Assembly: GCA_017983435.1 (NCBI GenBank)
Contig: JAGOBM010000007.1
Coordinates: 1 to 45,366 of the forward strand
Source: Candidatus Moraniibacteriota bacterium
Lineage (GTDB): Bacteria > Patescibacteriota > Minisyncoccia > Moranbacterales > UBA1568
Length of the DNA: 45,366 nucleotides
Direction of reading: 5' to 3'
Position 1 is the first letter of the stretch. Each line of letters opens with the position of its first letter. Under the pieces are notes generated by a model. It was not told the DNA's origin. It saw only the letters and a list, made by a program, of their open reading frames with translations, and did no database searches. Of this stretch, positions 14,627 through 27,200 are shown piece by piece. The translations under genes and the position numbers were made by a program.

Positions 14627-16092
14627 TGAATATTTTTCAGGATGCTAATTGGGATAATCGCGTGCATATGATAAAGAAATCGACGGCGCCGAAGGCTCCG
14701 AAAAAAGCGATCGAAAAGAAGAAGCCAGCTGCCGTGAAGAAGGCGGCTACGGCCAAAGTATCGAAAAAAACCGATAAGCCGTCGGTGAGCGAGGAAGAGC
14801 TCCTGCTGCAAGCGTTGCGCGGTATGCGGGATATCCTGCCGGACGAGCAGCCTTACTGGGAGCGGGTACGTCGGGTCTTGACGCATGCGCAGCAGGAATA
14901 CGGATTTCAACGCATCGATACGCCGCTCGTCGAATACGCTCATCTCTTCACGCGGTCAGTCGGACAGGGGACAGATATCATCGACAAGGAGATGTATGTC
15001 TTCAATACGCGCGGCGGCGACAAGGTAGCGCTCCGGCCAGAATTCACGGCTGGCGTGGCGCGCGCGTTCATCCAGCATGGTATGGCGGTACTGCCTAAGC
15101 CGGTGAAGCTCTTCACGATTGGGACTGTCTATCGCTATGATCGCCCGCAGGAGGGCCGGTACCGCGAGTTCTGGCAGGCGAATTTCGATATGTTCGGCGA
15201 AGAAGATCCGATTCTTGATGCCCAGGCGCTGCAGCTGGCGTTCCGGGTTGTGCGCGAGCTCGGACTCAAGAATATCGAATTCCAGGTCAATAGTATCGGT
15301 ACGCCTGAATCGCGGAAGGATTACGAGAAGGCACTCTTGCGCTATCTCGAATCGCAGAAGCATCGTCTCTGTCAGAACTGCCGGGATCGCTTCAATACCA
15401 ATCCGATGCGTATCCTCGATTGCAAGGAAGACAAATGCATCCAGCTGACCGCGCATGCGCCACAGTCGCTCGATTATCTCGACCAGGAATCCCGCGATCA
15501 CTTCAAGCGCCTGCTTGAGTACCTCGATGAGCTCGAGCTGCCGTATACGATCAACACCCGCCTTGTGCGCGGCCTCGATTATTACACGCGGACCGTCTTC
15601 GAGATCTGGTCGAGTGACAAAGAAGGGAAGAAATACTCGCTTGGCGGCGGCGGACGCTATGATCGCCTGGTACAGATGCTTGGCGGCGAGCCGACCGCAG
15701 CTATCGGTTTCGGTCTCGGCCTCGATCGTATCGTGCTCGAGATGAAGCGTACGCAGGTGAAGCCCTATGAAATGCCGAAGCCGAAAGTCTTCCTGGCGCA
15801 GCTCGGCGATCTCGCCAAGAAGAAGAGTTTGCGGATCTTCGCAGATCTCGAAAAGAACGGCGTGCTCTTGGCTGAGAGCTTCGGTCGTGGGAGTCTCAAA
15901 TCTCAGATGCGCGTGGCCAATCGGATCGGCGCCGAAGTGACCGTCATCATCGGTCAGAAAGAAGCACTGGATGATACGGCCATCGTGAAAGACATGATCT
16001 CAGGGACGCAGGAAACCGTGACGCAGGAGCGTCTAGTGGATGCCGTGAAGAAGATATTGAAAGCGAATCAGACTTTGGTGCAGAATGCCTGA
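14626..16092 (+). CDS. hisS: Histidine--tRNA ligase with a Lys/Ala/Pro-rich N-terminal extension
   Basis: LRGMRDILPDE and class II motifs, plus a C-terminal anticodon-binding domain. The ATG overlaps the lepB stop (TGATG). An alternative start is at 14668. Confidence 0.92.
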   Translation: MNIFQDANWDNRVHMIKKSTAPKAPKKAIEKKKPAAVKKAATAKVSKKTDKPSVSEEELLLQALRGMRDILPDEQPYWERVRRVLTHAQQEYGFQRIDTPLVEYAHLFTRSVGQGTDIIDKEMYVFNTRGGDKVALRPEFTAGVARAFIQHGMAVLPKPVKLFTIGTVYRYDRPQEGRYREFWQANFDMFGEEDPILDAQALQLAFRVVRELGLKNIEFQVNSIGTPESRKDYEKALLRYLESQKHRLCQNCRDRFNTNPMRILDCKEDKCIQLTAHAPQSLDYLDQESRDHFKRLLEYLDELELPYTINTRLVRGLDYYTRTVFEIWSSDKEGKKYSLGGGGRYDRLVQMLGGEPTAAIGFGLGLDRIVLEMKRTQVKPYEMPKPKVFLAQLGDLAKKKSLRIFADLEKNGVLLAESFGRGSLKSQMRVANRIGAEVTVIIGQKEALDDTAIVKDMISGTQETVTQERLVDAVKKILKANQTLVQNA

Positions 16093-16095
16093 TAT

Positions 16096-16452
16096 ATGGA
16101 GACTATCTTCTCGAAAATCATCCGTAAGGAAATCCCGGCCGATATCGTCTATGAGGACGAGACGGTACTGGCGTTCCGAGATATTCATCCGCTGGCTCCG
16201 GTACATATCCTGATTATTCCGAAACAGGAAATCATGAGTATCGCTAGTCTGGAAGATGCCGATGCCCCGGTGGTCGGACATATGTTCGCAGTCGCCCGCG
16301 ATATCGCTCGCGACTTGAATATTTCGGAAAAAGGGTATAAGCTCCTGATTCGGGTCGGGGAGCATGGCGGGCAGGAAGTACCGCATCTCCATCTCCATCT
16401 GCTCGGTGGCGCGCGTCTCTCAGAAAATATCCACCCGGTCGGAGTCCAATAG
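16096..16452 (+). CDS. HIT-family (histidine triad) nucleotide-binding protein
   Basis: HLHLHLLGG histidine-triad motif; 118 aa. Confidence 0.88.
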   Translation: METIFSKIIRKEIPADIVYEDETVLAFRDIHPLAPVHILIIPKQEIMSIASLEDADAPVVGHMFAVARDIARDLNISEKGYKLLIRVGEHGGQEVPHLHLHLLGGARLSENIHPVGVQ

Positions 16453-16580
16453 ATGCTATTTATCACTCAGTAGTCACTCGGAATCGGATAGCGCGTGCGG
16501 CGCTCGAAGCCTCGGCTTCGTTCCCGGCACGCGTTCTCCGGTACTCCCGGGTCGCCACAGAAGAAAGGAGGTTGTCTTAT

Positions 16581-16835
16581 ATGATACAAGTCAAACGCAA
16601 AGAACGGGAAACAGCCGAAAGTCTGATCCGTCGCTTCTCCCGCCGTGTCCAGCAGAGCGGTGTCCTTCGCCGTGTCCGCAAGCTCCGCTTCCGTCAGGAA
16701 GAGAAGAGCAAGGATGTGCGTCGCGATGAGGCTCTCTACAAGGTCAAGATCCGCAAGGAAATCGATCGCTTGAAGAAGATGGGCAAATTCGACGAAGATG
16801 CGCTCCGCGATATCAAGAAGCGCATGAACGCGTAA
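16581..16835 (+). CDS. rpsU: 30S ribosomal protein S21
   Basis: MIQVKRKERETAESLIRRFSRRVQQSGVL... The SD AAAGGAGG at 16564-16571 lies 9 nt upstream of the ATG. Confidence 0.85.
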   Translation: MIQVKRKERETAESLIRRFSRRVQQSGVLRRVRKLRFRQEEKSKDVRRDEALYKVKIRKEIDRLKKMGKFDEDALRDIKKRMNA

Positions 16836-16939
16836 GCGGTCGTCCGCGAAAGAAGGGTCCGGAATGCGTCTGGCGGTGCCAGTTGTTTCTCCGGACCTTT
16901 TCTTTTCCCGAGAGAAATTCAATTTTTATATACACACGT

Positions 16940-17401
16940 ATGGGGCTCGTAGCAACGCTCAACGAGGGTCTGAAGGTAGCTATGAAAAGCGGCGATACTG
17001 AGAGGCGGGATGTGATCCGTCTCTTGCAGAGCGCGCTCAAGAATGCGGCGATCGAATGGCGCAAGCCGGCAGCCGACCTATCGGATGATGAGGTGCAGAG
17101 CGTCGTCCGCCGTCTAGTGAAGCAGCGCAAGGATAGTATCGAGCAGTATCGTGCCGGCGGTCGGGAAGATCTCGCGGAGAATGAGATGAAAGAAATGGTC
17201 ATCCTCTCCGAGTTCTTGCCGGCTGAGATGCCCGAGGCGGAGCTCAAGCAGCTGGTCGCGGAAGCCCTGGCGGAAGCTGGCATTGTCTCACGGAAAGATA
17301 TGGGCAAGGCTATGGGGGCGGCGATGAAGAAGATTGCCGGGCGCGCTTCCGGAGATCTCGTGAAGGCGGCCGTAATGGATCTCCTGCCGGAATCAGAATA
17401 A
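16940..17401 (+). CDS. GatB/YqeY domain protein
   Basis: LNEGLKVAMKSGDTERRDVIRLLQSALKN... is typical of YqeY, and the position next to rpsU is conserved. Confidence 0.85.
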   Translation: MGLVATLNEGLKVAMKSGDTERRDVIRLLQSALKNAAIEWRKPAADLSDDEVQSVVRRLVKQRKDSIEQYRAGGREDLAENEMKEMVILSEFLPAEMPEAELKQLVAEALAEAGIVSRKDMGKAMGAAMKKIAGRASGDLVKAAVMDLLPESE

Positions 17402-17877
17402 TGCCTCGTATGCATCTCTCTCTTGAACTGCATGAAGAAGTTCCGGCCGGACTGCCGCTCGAGCTGTTCGAAGCGGCGGCTCAGGCGGCCCTCGCGCTCG
17501 GCCTGCCCGCATCGTTTTCTGAACAGTCCTTCTCTCTCACGGCTGTAGCGGTTTCTCAGGAGGAGATCCAGAGATTGAATCGTGAGTATCGTGACAAAGA
17601 TAGCGTGACCGATATCCTATCTTTCTGGAACTTCGCATCTGTCGCCGAGCTTCTCCTGGAGAAAAGTGCTACTATAGAACTAGGCGAGCTGTTTTTCGCG
17701 CCAGAATTCATCGAGCAGGCGGCGCAAGAAGACGCTGTCAGCTATCGCCGGGAGATGGCGTATATATTTTCGCATGGAGTACTCCATTTGATCGGGTATG
17801 ACCATGAACCGGAGATGTTCCGTATCCAGGACCGGATCACGGATGATGTAGCGCCCTTGCTGAAGGACGGGAAATAA
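17401..17877 (+). CDS. ybeY: rRNA maturation endoribonuclease YbeY
   Basis: HGVLHLIGYDHE zinc motif. TAATG overlap with the upstream gene. Confidence 0.88.
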   Translation: MPRMHLSLELHEEVPAGLPLELFEAAAQAALALGLPASFSEQSFSLTAVAVSQEEIQRLNREYRDKDSVTDILSFWNFASVAELLLEKSATIELGELFFAPEFIEQAAQEDAVSYRREMAYIFSHGVLHLIGYDHEPEMFRIQDRITDDVAPLLKDGK

Positions 17878-17896
17878 TCAGACAGAAGAATCACGT

Positions 17897-18247
17897 ATGA
17901 AATCTTTTTGGAGAAGTGTCCGGCACGCGTTCCGGGGTATCGTCTATGCGATTCGGAATGAGCGTAATTTTCAGATCGAGTGTGTCGCGGCAGTCGCCGT
18001 CGTTCTCTTGGCTTGTTTTTTCCCTCTATCGTCGATTGAGCGGACATTGATCGTATTTCTGGCTGGCTGGGTGATGGCCTTCGAGCTTATCAATACCGCC
18101 ATTGAACGCATGCTCGATATCATCAAGCCGAATGTCCATCCGTATGTTCGGATCGTGAAAGACATGGCCGCGGGCGCGGTACTCGTCTCGTCCGGTGTCG
18201 CTGTCGTGATCGGCCTCTGTATTTTTCTCCCGCATCTGATTGGTTGA
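17897..18247 (+). CDS. dgkA: Diacylglycerol/undecaprenol kinase (DgkA family)
   Basis: NERNFQIE and FELINTAIE motifs, with three TM helices. Confidence 0.82.
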   Translation: MKSFWRSVRHAFRGIVYAIRNERNFQIECVAAVAVVLLACFFPLSSIERTLIVFLAGWVMAFELINTAIERMLDIIKPNVHPYVRIVKDMAAGAVLVSSGVAVVIGLCIFLPHLIG

Positions 18248-18362
18248 GTTTGTGCATGATGGGGAATCCGGGGTATAATATCTGACACTGCCGGGCGAGG
18301 TGGATTGTTTCGGATTTGCCCGTGCATGGTGTGACAGACTTTTTTCAAACACAAAGAGCATT

Positions 18363-19625
18363 ATGTCGAAAAGCCGTTTTCTTGTGGGATTGGATATCGG
18401 ATCGGCGAATATCCGGGCAGTTATCGCCGAGCAAGTAGCGGAAGATGCTTTGCTGCGCGTGGTCGGGGTGGGTGAGGCTACCTCGCTTGGAGTGCGTCGC
18501 GGGACAATCGTCGATGCGGAAGCCGTTGCCAAGGCGTGTCATATGGCTTTGGAGCATGCTGAGCGCATGTCGGGGCATGCTTCGGACCGAGTGTTCGTCT
18601 CATTGTCCGGTGCGGATATCCTCTGTCAGGAAGCGACAGGTGTCGTCGCGGTCAGCCGGGCGGATGGCGAGGTGAGCGAAGATGACGTAACCCGCTGTCT
18701 CGGTGAAGTCGAAGCGCGTCTCTCATTACCCCTCAATCGCGAGGTGATTCATGCCTTGCCGAGAAGCTATCGGCTCGATGATCAGAAAGATATCAAGGAT
18801 CCTGTCGGCATGCGGGGGGTCCGGCTTGAGGCCAATGCGCTTGTTGTTACGGGGAGTACGGCACAGATCAAGAATATCGGCCGGGCTCTGGAGCAGGCCG
18901 GTACGCAGGCGGAGGCGTCTATCGTGGAGCCACTCGCGGCTGCTGAAGCCGTCCTGCATCAGAAGCAGAAAGAGCTCGGCTGTGTGCTCGTGAATATCGG
19001 CGGCAGTACGACATCGCTCGCGGTCTACGAAGACGGGAATCTGCTCCATCTGGCGGTGCTTCCGGTCGGGAGCGGTCATATTACCAATGACATTGCTATC
19101 GGTTTGCGTACGTCGATCGATGTCGCCGAGGCCGTGAAACTCCAGTACGGGACAGCCAATCCTCATGAGGTCGGGAAACGTGAAGAAGTTGATTTGAGTC
19201 TTTTTGATGCCCATGAAGAGGGATTGGTTTCGAGATACCATATCGCGGAAATCATCGAGGCTCGCCTTGAGGAAATCTTCTCCTTCGTGAATACTGAGCT
19301 CAAAGCAATCGATCGGGACGGACTCTTGCCGGGCGGCGCGGTGCTCTCTGGCGGCGGAGCGCTCTTGCCAGGGACTGTAGAGCTGGCCAAACGGACACTA
19401 CGGCTGCCGGCCCAGGTCGGCTATCCGAAACCACTGGGTGGGATCCTGGATCAGGTGGATAGTCCGGTCTTTGCAACGGTTATTGGACTGGTGCTTTTGG
19501 CAGAAGAGAGTATAATGGACGGAAAAGGAGGATTTCGTGGTGGAGCGTTCAGATGGGAGGCACCAGAATGGGCTCGTCAGACCACGGAGAAGGTGCAGAA
19601 GTTTGCCAAGCGCTTCCTGCCTTGA
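18363..19625 (+). CDS. ftsA: Cell division protein FtsA
   Basis: Actin-fold motifs LVGLDIGSANIRAVI and VNIGGSTTSLAV. I prefer the ATG at 18363. Confidence 0.9.
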   Translation: MSKSRFLVGLDIGSANIRAVIAEQVAEDALLRVVGVGEATSLGVRRGTIVDAEAVAKACHMALEHAERMSGHASDRVFVSLSGADILCQEATGVVAVSRADGEVSEDDVTRCLGEVEARLSLPLNREVIHALPRSYRLDDQKDIKDPVGMRGVRLEANALVVTGSTAQIKNIGRALEQAGTQAEASIVEPLAAAEAVLHQKQKELGCVLVNIGGSTTSLAVYEDGNLLHLAVLPVGSGHITNDIAIGLRTSIDVAEAVKLQYGTANPHEVGKREEVDLSLFDAHEEGLVSRYHIAEIIEARLEEIFSFVNTELKAIDRDGLLPGGAVLSGGGALLPGTVELAKRTLRLPAQVGYPKPLGGILDQVDSPVFATVIGLVLLAEESIMDGKGGFRGGAFRWEAPEWARQTTEKVQKFAKRFLP

Positions 19626-19814
19626 AGATAAAAAAAGAAATCAAAAACAATACGTTCCTTGGCGAGAATGCCTTTCTTGACACTGTTTTCTGTCGCGTGA
19701 TAGATTGTGGTTTCAAGCGGTATATTTCGCGTTCCGGGGCGTTTTTTTAATGTCGAAGGATAGTTTTTGGAGCAATTCATTTTTTCCGACATAAATTTTT
19801 TCTTGAAAGAGAGT

Positions 19815-21068
19815 ATGGCAGAGATCAAGCCCGATTTGGAAACCTTCGCGAAGATCAAAGTGGTCGGTGTCGGTGGCTCAGGCAATAATGCTATCTCGCG
19901 GATGATCGATGCCAAGATCCGCGGTGTGGAATTCGTCGCAATCAATACCGATGCGCAAGCATTGCACCATTCGAAGGCGCAGGAGAAGATCCATATCGGC
20001 AAGAATCTGACCAAGGGACTCGGTGCCGGTATGAATCCGGAGATCGGACGTCAGGCGGCTGAGGAAAACCGTGATGAGATCCAGGAAGTACTCAAAGGCG
20101 CTGATATGGTGTTTGTTACCTGCGGACTCGGCGGCGGGACTGGATCCGGTGCGGCGCCGATCGTGGCAGAGACTGCCAAGGAGCTCGGAGCGCTGACAGT
20201 CGGAGTCGTGACGCGCCCATTCGCTTTTGAAGGTTCGCAGCGCCGATCGATTGCCGATGAGGCGCTTGAGAATCTCCGCGAGCGTGTCGATACGATCATT
20301 ACGATCCCGAACGACAAGCTCCTGTCTATCATCGATCGCAAAATGACACTCATCAATGCCTTCCGCATCGTCGATGATGTATTGCGGCAGGGCGTGCAGG
20401 GTATCTCGGATCTGATTACCAAAAAGGGTGAAGTCAATGTTGACTTCGCGGACGTGCGGGCCGTCATGCAGGATAGCGGCAGCGCGCTTATGGGTATCGG
20501 TATCGCGTCCGGTGAGAATCGGGCCGTCGAAGCGGCCAAAGCAGCGATCAATAGCCCGTTGCTCGAACTCTCGATCGACGGTGCTAAGGGCGTCTTATTC
20601 AATATTTCCGGTTCGAGTGACCTCACGATGCTCGAGGTAAACGAGGCTGCCAATGTCATCACGGAGAATATCGATCCGAACGCGAAAGTTATCTTCGGTA
20701 CGGTGGTGGATGAGCAGGTGCGCAAGGGTGAGATCCAGATTACCGTAGTGGCAACCGGATTCAATGATGGTCTCGGTAAGGAACCGTCCATCGGTCTCGT
20801 CAATGTGGCCCGTCCTCAGCCGGTGCAACCGGTATCTCGGCCGATGCCGACACGCCAGCCGGTCATCGAAGAACCGATGATGAATGATACAGCTGATGAT
20901 CTCGAGTCTGAATTTGCCTTCACTCCGCGACGCATGGAGCCATCCCCGATGATTATCGAGGAGAAGATACAGCCGAAGCCGATGGTGCAGCGTCCGGAAG
21001 CTAAAGAACTGACTGAGGAAGATGATCTTGAAATCCCAGCTTTTATCCGTCGGAAGATGAAGAAATAG
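19815..21068 (+). CDS. ftsZ: Cell division protein FtsZ
   Basis: GVGGSGNNA and [12 protein letters not shown] tubulin signature. The C-terminal peptide is [12 protein letters not shown]. Confidence 0.96.
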   Translation: MAEIKPDLETFAKIKVVGVGGSGNNAISRMIDAKIRGVEFVAINTDAQALHHSKAQEKIHIGKNLTKGLGAGMNPEIGRQAAEENRDEIQEVLKGADMVFVTCGLGGGTGSGAAPIVAETAKELGALTVGVVTRPFAFEGSQRRSIADEALENLRERVDTIITIPNDKLLSIIDRKMTLINAFRIVDDVLRQGVQGISDLITKKGEVNVDFADVRAVMQDSGSALMGIGIASGENRAVEAAKAAINSPLLELSIDGAKGVLFNISGSSDLTMLEVNEAANVITENIDPNAKVIFGTVVDEQVRKGEIQITVVATGFNDGLGKEPSIGLVNVARPQPVQPVSRPMPTRQPVIEEPMMNDTADDLESEFAFTPRRMEPSPMIIEEKIQPKPMVQRPEAKELTEEDDLEIPAFIRRKMKK

Positions 21069-21097
21069 CCACTACACCACTGTTAGATATCTGTTAC

Positions 21098-21129
21098 GAG
21101 TGTCCCTTGATCGGGACGCTCTTTTTTTT
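21098..21129 (+). terminator. Intrinsic terminator after ftsZ
   Basis: GAGTGTCCC/GGGACGCTC 9-bp stem (one G-U pair) followed by T8. Confidence 0.75.
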
Positions 21130-21286
21130 GTGGTGTTTTAGGCGATTTTCTACTGTTGTTTCGAACATATTTCTGATATACTGAAAGGTAGAGGATTCTC
21201 GGAATTTTTTGTTATTTTCTTGCAGGATTCTTCCTAAAAAAAATGCGGCCGCAACGTGCCGGAGATTACGGTGGAAGAGCTGGATA

Positions 21287-24200
21287 ATGGACGTCAAACA
21301 CAAAACAAAAGCAACGGGAGCGTCTTGGCTATGGAGGCGGTTTTTTCGTTCTCTTTGGATGAGATATGCCCACGCGCGCACGCTCTTCCTGAAGAGCCGT
21401 GCAGTAGTGCGGAAGCCGAGGCAGCGCATGATCGTCGAGGCGGATAGTCTATCGGAATTTCTCTCAGAATATTCGGTGGCGGATAGGGAGAGCTATGGTG
21501 CGGCGTATCGTCGGCGCTATTATGTGGCGCTTGCCTGTCGGTACGCCGGCCGGAAACTGGCGTGGATCGGGAAGATAGTTAGACAAGCGGGGTGGCGCGG
21601 TGCTGTGGCGACAATCGGTATCGTGCTTGCAATCTATATCGGAGGTATCGGAGTCTCGAGCGCCCCTTTTGCTCGTTCGATCAGTACGGAGATGGAGTGG
21701 AGCGGAGGAGCATCCGACAATCTCTCTCTCGAGAGTGCAACAGATGCCATACAACTGGCATCACAGGGGAGTTGGTCAGCTCGCACGTGGGCGGTGCCGC
21801 CGGATACGGTGAGTGCTGGATCGAGTTCGGTATTCGTAGGGGATGACCTTTACGTCATGCGCGGTCTGTCCGACAAGGCATTCTGGAAGTATGATTCGGT
21901 TCTCAACGAATGGATCGAGCTCGAGGATCTGCCGTTTCCGGCCTACTATGGCGCGAGTATGACGAGCAACGGGAACAGCTTAATTTACGTGATTTTCGGC
22001 GGATATTCCAAGAAATTCTATCAGTACGATACAGCGACCGGAGATTGGACGGCGTTACCGGATCTGCTCGACACGACATGGACCGGCGCGAGCATCAGTT
22101 TTGATGGCACGAACCCGTATGTCTTGCGCGGCAATGCCAGTACAGATTTTTGGCGGTACAATGTGGCACTCGGTGAATGGCAGAGTCTTGCGCCGATTTC
22201 GGCCACGGCTTCGACCGGCGCGAGTCTGGTATACGGACAGGATGGGAATTTCTATACGCCGCGCGGGGCCAACACTCTGACGTTTTATCGATACAATGTC
22301 GCGACCAATACCTGGAGTGCGCGGACAAATATCACGACCGGATATACCTTTGGTGGTAATCAGCAGGGCGCGTACGCTAATGGCTTTATCTATTACCCGC
22401 GGTCTGCTTCCACGAACAGTCTTTTGCGATATGATATTGCTGGCAATAGCTGGGCAGTGCTGGCGGCTATGCCGGCGACCGCCAATGACACGCCGATCGC
22501 GTACAACGCCAATGACAATCAGCTGTACATGCTGCGCTCCGCTGGTACGTACGACCTGTGGAAATTCGACCCGACGCTCGGTGCGACTGGTGACTGGGTC
22601 GGCCCGCAGCAGGTGATGAACAATGCCTTCGGTATGGGGACCGGAAGCGACTTGCTTTGGAATGGTGTCACTGGGGCAGGCTCGTATGTCTATGCGGTCC
22701 GCGGAGGGACAGCCGGGTTCTATCGCTACGCGACCGCGACCAATACCTGGACGGCGCTGACCAATCTGCCGCTGGTGCCGACCGCTGACACCACTGGTAC
22801 GCTGATCGGAGACTATATCTATTATCCGCTCGGCAACAACACGACGACTTTCTATCGCTATACCATATCGACCAATACCTGGGCGGCGATGACGGTGCTG
22901 CCCGGCACGGCTTCGAATGGCGGCAGTGCAGCTTACAATGCTTCAGATGGGAAAGTGTATGTCTTGCGAGGGAACGGCACGGCGAATTTCTACAGCAGTC
23001 CCAATACGACGACGCTTGCTTGGACGACTCTCTCATCCACGGTGATCAGTGGCGTGACTTACAACAGCAATATCGGAGCTCGTCTGGTTTCGGATGGGAC
23101 GGATTTGTACGCGACAGTCGGCGATGGAGAGACGGCTTTCTTGAAGTACAGCACGGCAAGCAGCACTTGGTCCCGGGTGGCTTCGACACCGTTTGCCCAG
23201 TACTACGGTACGAGTCTCACGCATACGGGTGGTAAGATCTACGCGCTGGCCGGCTACTACAAGGATGAGGCTTGGGAATATACCATCGCGACCGATACGT
23301 GGCGCCAGCTGCCTTCCAATCAGAAATACCTCTATGGCCGCGGACCGTACAACGGTGCTGCGCTGGAGTATGCGGGCGGGAGCTCTTTCTACGCGCTGAC
23401 CGGGCTCGGGACGACGGATATGTGGAGCTTCACGGCGGGCACGGGGAGTTTCGTCAGCTCGGGCACCTATGTGAGCGAGCCACTCGATCTGGCGCAGGCA
23501 TCAGATTGGGTCTCGTTGGTCGCCAATGATACCGTTCCGGCCAATACAAGCGTCGTTTATGAGACTCGTTCCAGCACTGATGCTGCTTCCTGGTCGGCTT
23601 GGGAGACGGTGAGCGGGACGACGATCGCATCGCCGGCACAGCGCTATCTGCAGGTCCGGATCACGCTGGCGACCTCAGACGGGGTTTCGACACCAACCGT
23701 GACGGACTACACAATTACTTACAATAATTCCGATACACCGCCGACCAACCCGACAGCGGTCAATGCCTATTCGCAGAATGTCGGAGGAGTGACGCTCACA
23801 TCCGGCCAATCATATCCGCATGAGCATCCGTATTTCTCGTTTTCCGGCGCCGCGAGTCCGGAAGCGGGTATCGAGGGATACTATGTGTATTTCGGGACGA
23901 ATGCGAGTGCTGATCCAGCGGCCAGTGGCTCGTTTCAGACGGCTGCGACCTATGAGGTCAATCGGGCTCTGGACACCGGTACGTACTATCTGCGTATCAA
24001 GACGAAGGATAACAACGGCAATGTCAGTGCCGCTACCTACGCTGCCTTTACCTATGTGTACAATGGTGTCTCTCCGGCGCTGGTTGAAACGAAGACGAGT
24101 CAGGCGGAGTTCGCCGCCGGCACGCTGAGTGACCTCTCGTCTTCCGCCGTGCCGGATTCCTTGCGTCTCGCGCCGGTCAGCGGGACTGGATTCTGGAATC

Positions 24201-27200
24201 AGAGCCGATTGACCAATATGCTGGCGGCGGTCTCTTCTGGTGGCGACTCGGTCCGTGTGAATTACAGCGGCAATGAATATATCTACGCGTTGCGTGGTGC
24301 CGGCACGACCGGGTTTTATCGCTACGAGCTGGCGACGGATACCTGGACGGCTTTGGCAGTGACGCTCGGAACGGTGGGCTCGGGCGGATCGATTATTGCT
24401 GGGCCCAACGGAACGCTCTATGCGACGCAGGGCAACAACCTGCCGACTTTCTGGAAATATGATATCGCGACCAATATCTGGACAGCGGTCTCGAGCGCGC
24501 CGAAGAATTTCAATATCGGAGGATCGCTTTCCTATGACGGATCGCGCTATATCTACGGGCTTCCAGGGAGCGATGACGCCTTCTATCAGTACGATACGAC
24601 CAATAATCTTTGGACCGCCAAGGCCAACGCACAGTTCGGTAATCCGAACACGGTGGACGGACAGACGGTGAATTACGGATCCGACAGTGCCTATGACGGG
24701 CGCAACAATATCTATGTGCTGCAGGGGAATTATTACCCGTATCTCGCTCGGTATTCGATCGCGACCGATGCTGAGTATGGCGAGACGGCCAATACCTGGA
24801 CCGTGCTTTCTTCGGCACCGACCGGCATCTATACCGGCGGGAGTATCGCCTATGACGCGACGACCGAGAGTCTCTATGTGACGCGCGGCAACTGGAAGAA
24901 CAACTACTATCGGTACGTCATCGGCACGGATACGTGGTCTCAATTGCCCGATACGCCAGCCGGTTTTGATCAGGGTGCGACGCAGACGGTCTACGACGGA
25001 TATATCTATGCTCTGCGCGGAGCCAATACGGCAAATTTCTACCGGTACAATATCAGCGAGAGCTCGTGGGAGATTCCGGCCAAGGGACTGTTCGGACCGT
25101 CTATCCCGGGAGGGACTTCATATTTCCCCTTCTACTACGGCACCGCGACGACGAGCGATGGTGATGGGAATATCTACCTGATGCGCGGATATTATGACAA
25201 TGTGTTTGTGAAGTACAACGTCGCTACCGGTACGACGACTGAGATGGCTCGGCTGCCGGTCGGAGCCTATGACGGAGCCACGCTCAGCTATGCGGTCGAT
25301 CGCGATGAGATCTACTATTCTCCGGGGACGATCCGTACGACGCGGAGCGGTGCTGGGAATTATTTCTACAAATACGATGTCGCGACCAATACCTGGACCG
25401 AAATCACGACCGATAGGCCGCCGCTTCAGGTGGGGGCTGGATCGAGTATGACCTATGATGGCTCCCGCTATCTTTATCTCACCCGTGGCGCTGGAACGAC
25501 GACCTGGTGGCGTTATGATCTCGATGGCACCAACGGATCCCGCTGGTCGGCCCTGACAGTCAATGCATCGCTTGCGACGACAACCGGCGGGAGTATCGTC
25601 GCTTCGACGGGCTTCGTCTATGCGGTGCGCGGAGGGAACAACGCAATCTATCGCTACGATACAACCGGCGGCACCTGGTCGACTCTGCCGGTGATGCCAG
25701 CGACGATCACGACCGGTGGTAGCATGGTCGATGGTCAGGACGGATATCTCTATGTTGTGCGGGGCGGCAATACGTCGAGCAAGTATCGGTACCGCATCGC
25801 TGACGGTTTGTCGGGTACCTGGGAGAATGTGACGAATATTCCGGCTCAGGTGAATATCGGCGGTTTCATGCAGCAGGAAAAGGAGCGGAACTGGGTGATT
25901 GCCGGCAATGGTACCAACTCCTATCCGGACGGTCTGTACAGCTACGTGGTCAGCTCGGCTGCCAACGGAACCGGATTCAAGAAAGTCGGTACCTATACAT
26001 CCGAAGCGCTGGATCTCATCTCGGTCTATCGGTGGGGCAGTCTATCAGTCAACTTCACCCAGCCGGACCATACTTTTGTCTCGTTTGAGACGAGGGCTTC
26101 ATCTGATGGAGTGGATTGGTCGGCATGGGTCGCGGTTTCCAACGAGCAGATCTTCGGGACAGAACATGTCTACAAGATCAACTCATCGCCAGCGGGATAT
26201 ATGCAGGTGCGGGCGACGCTCACTTCATCGGATCAGATCTTCTCGCCGGCCATCGAAGACTACACGGTTAGCTATTATCAGGATATCGCAGCTCCGACCA
26301 ATCCGAGTGCGATCGGCGCCTACACCTCATCGGCGAAGACAACCTCGCTCACGACCGATACCTGGTACAATCATACGGGACCGTATTTCGAATGGCCGGC
26401 TGCCGAGACGGTCGGAGGGGCTTCGGATGGAACCGGCGGATCGGGTGTGGCGGGGTATTACGTGTATTTTGGGACGGATGTGAACGCGGATCCGGTCGCA
26501 TTTCAATCGGGTCATACGTATCAAGCAGGCAGTCTCTCGGCCGGACAGACATACTATCTCAAGATCTCGACCGAAGATCAGGCTGGTATGATATCGGCCG
26601 GCGCGTATGCGGCGTTTACCTACAAGTTCGACAATATCGCTCCGACCAATCCTTCGACGATCGGAGTGACACCGACGGGATATACCGCCATCGACAACTA
26701 CGCCTTCGTCTGGTCGCCCGATGCAGCTGATGCTTTTTCGGGTATCTCCAAGCTGCAGTACCGGACCGATGGTGATGTGCCGGATACCTGGGTCGATATT
26801 ACGAATGTGAGCCAGGTGTCGCTCTCGATTCCGAATGTCGATCATATCGTCGGAGCGTACCAGTCGGGGAAAAACAAATTCTATCTGCGCGTCGTGGACG
26901 GAGCTGGCAATGCTTCCGGAGCGATGATGCAGGAGTACTACTACAGTGCCAGCGCGCCGACACCGCCGCAGAATCTCGCGGTCACGCCGCTTACCTCGAC
27001 GGTCAACTCCTTTGCCTTCTCCTGGGATACTCCGGCTTCATTCGCCGGAGACGAAGCGGGTATCGTCTATCACTATTCGATCAATGTGCTGCCGACTGCC
27101 AATAATTCTGTGGCGACATCGGTGAAGGCGGCCGGACCGAGCGCTTTTGCGACGCAGAAGGGTGAAAACCTCTTCTTCGTGGTCGCTGAGGACGAAGCGG

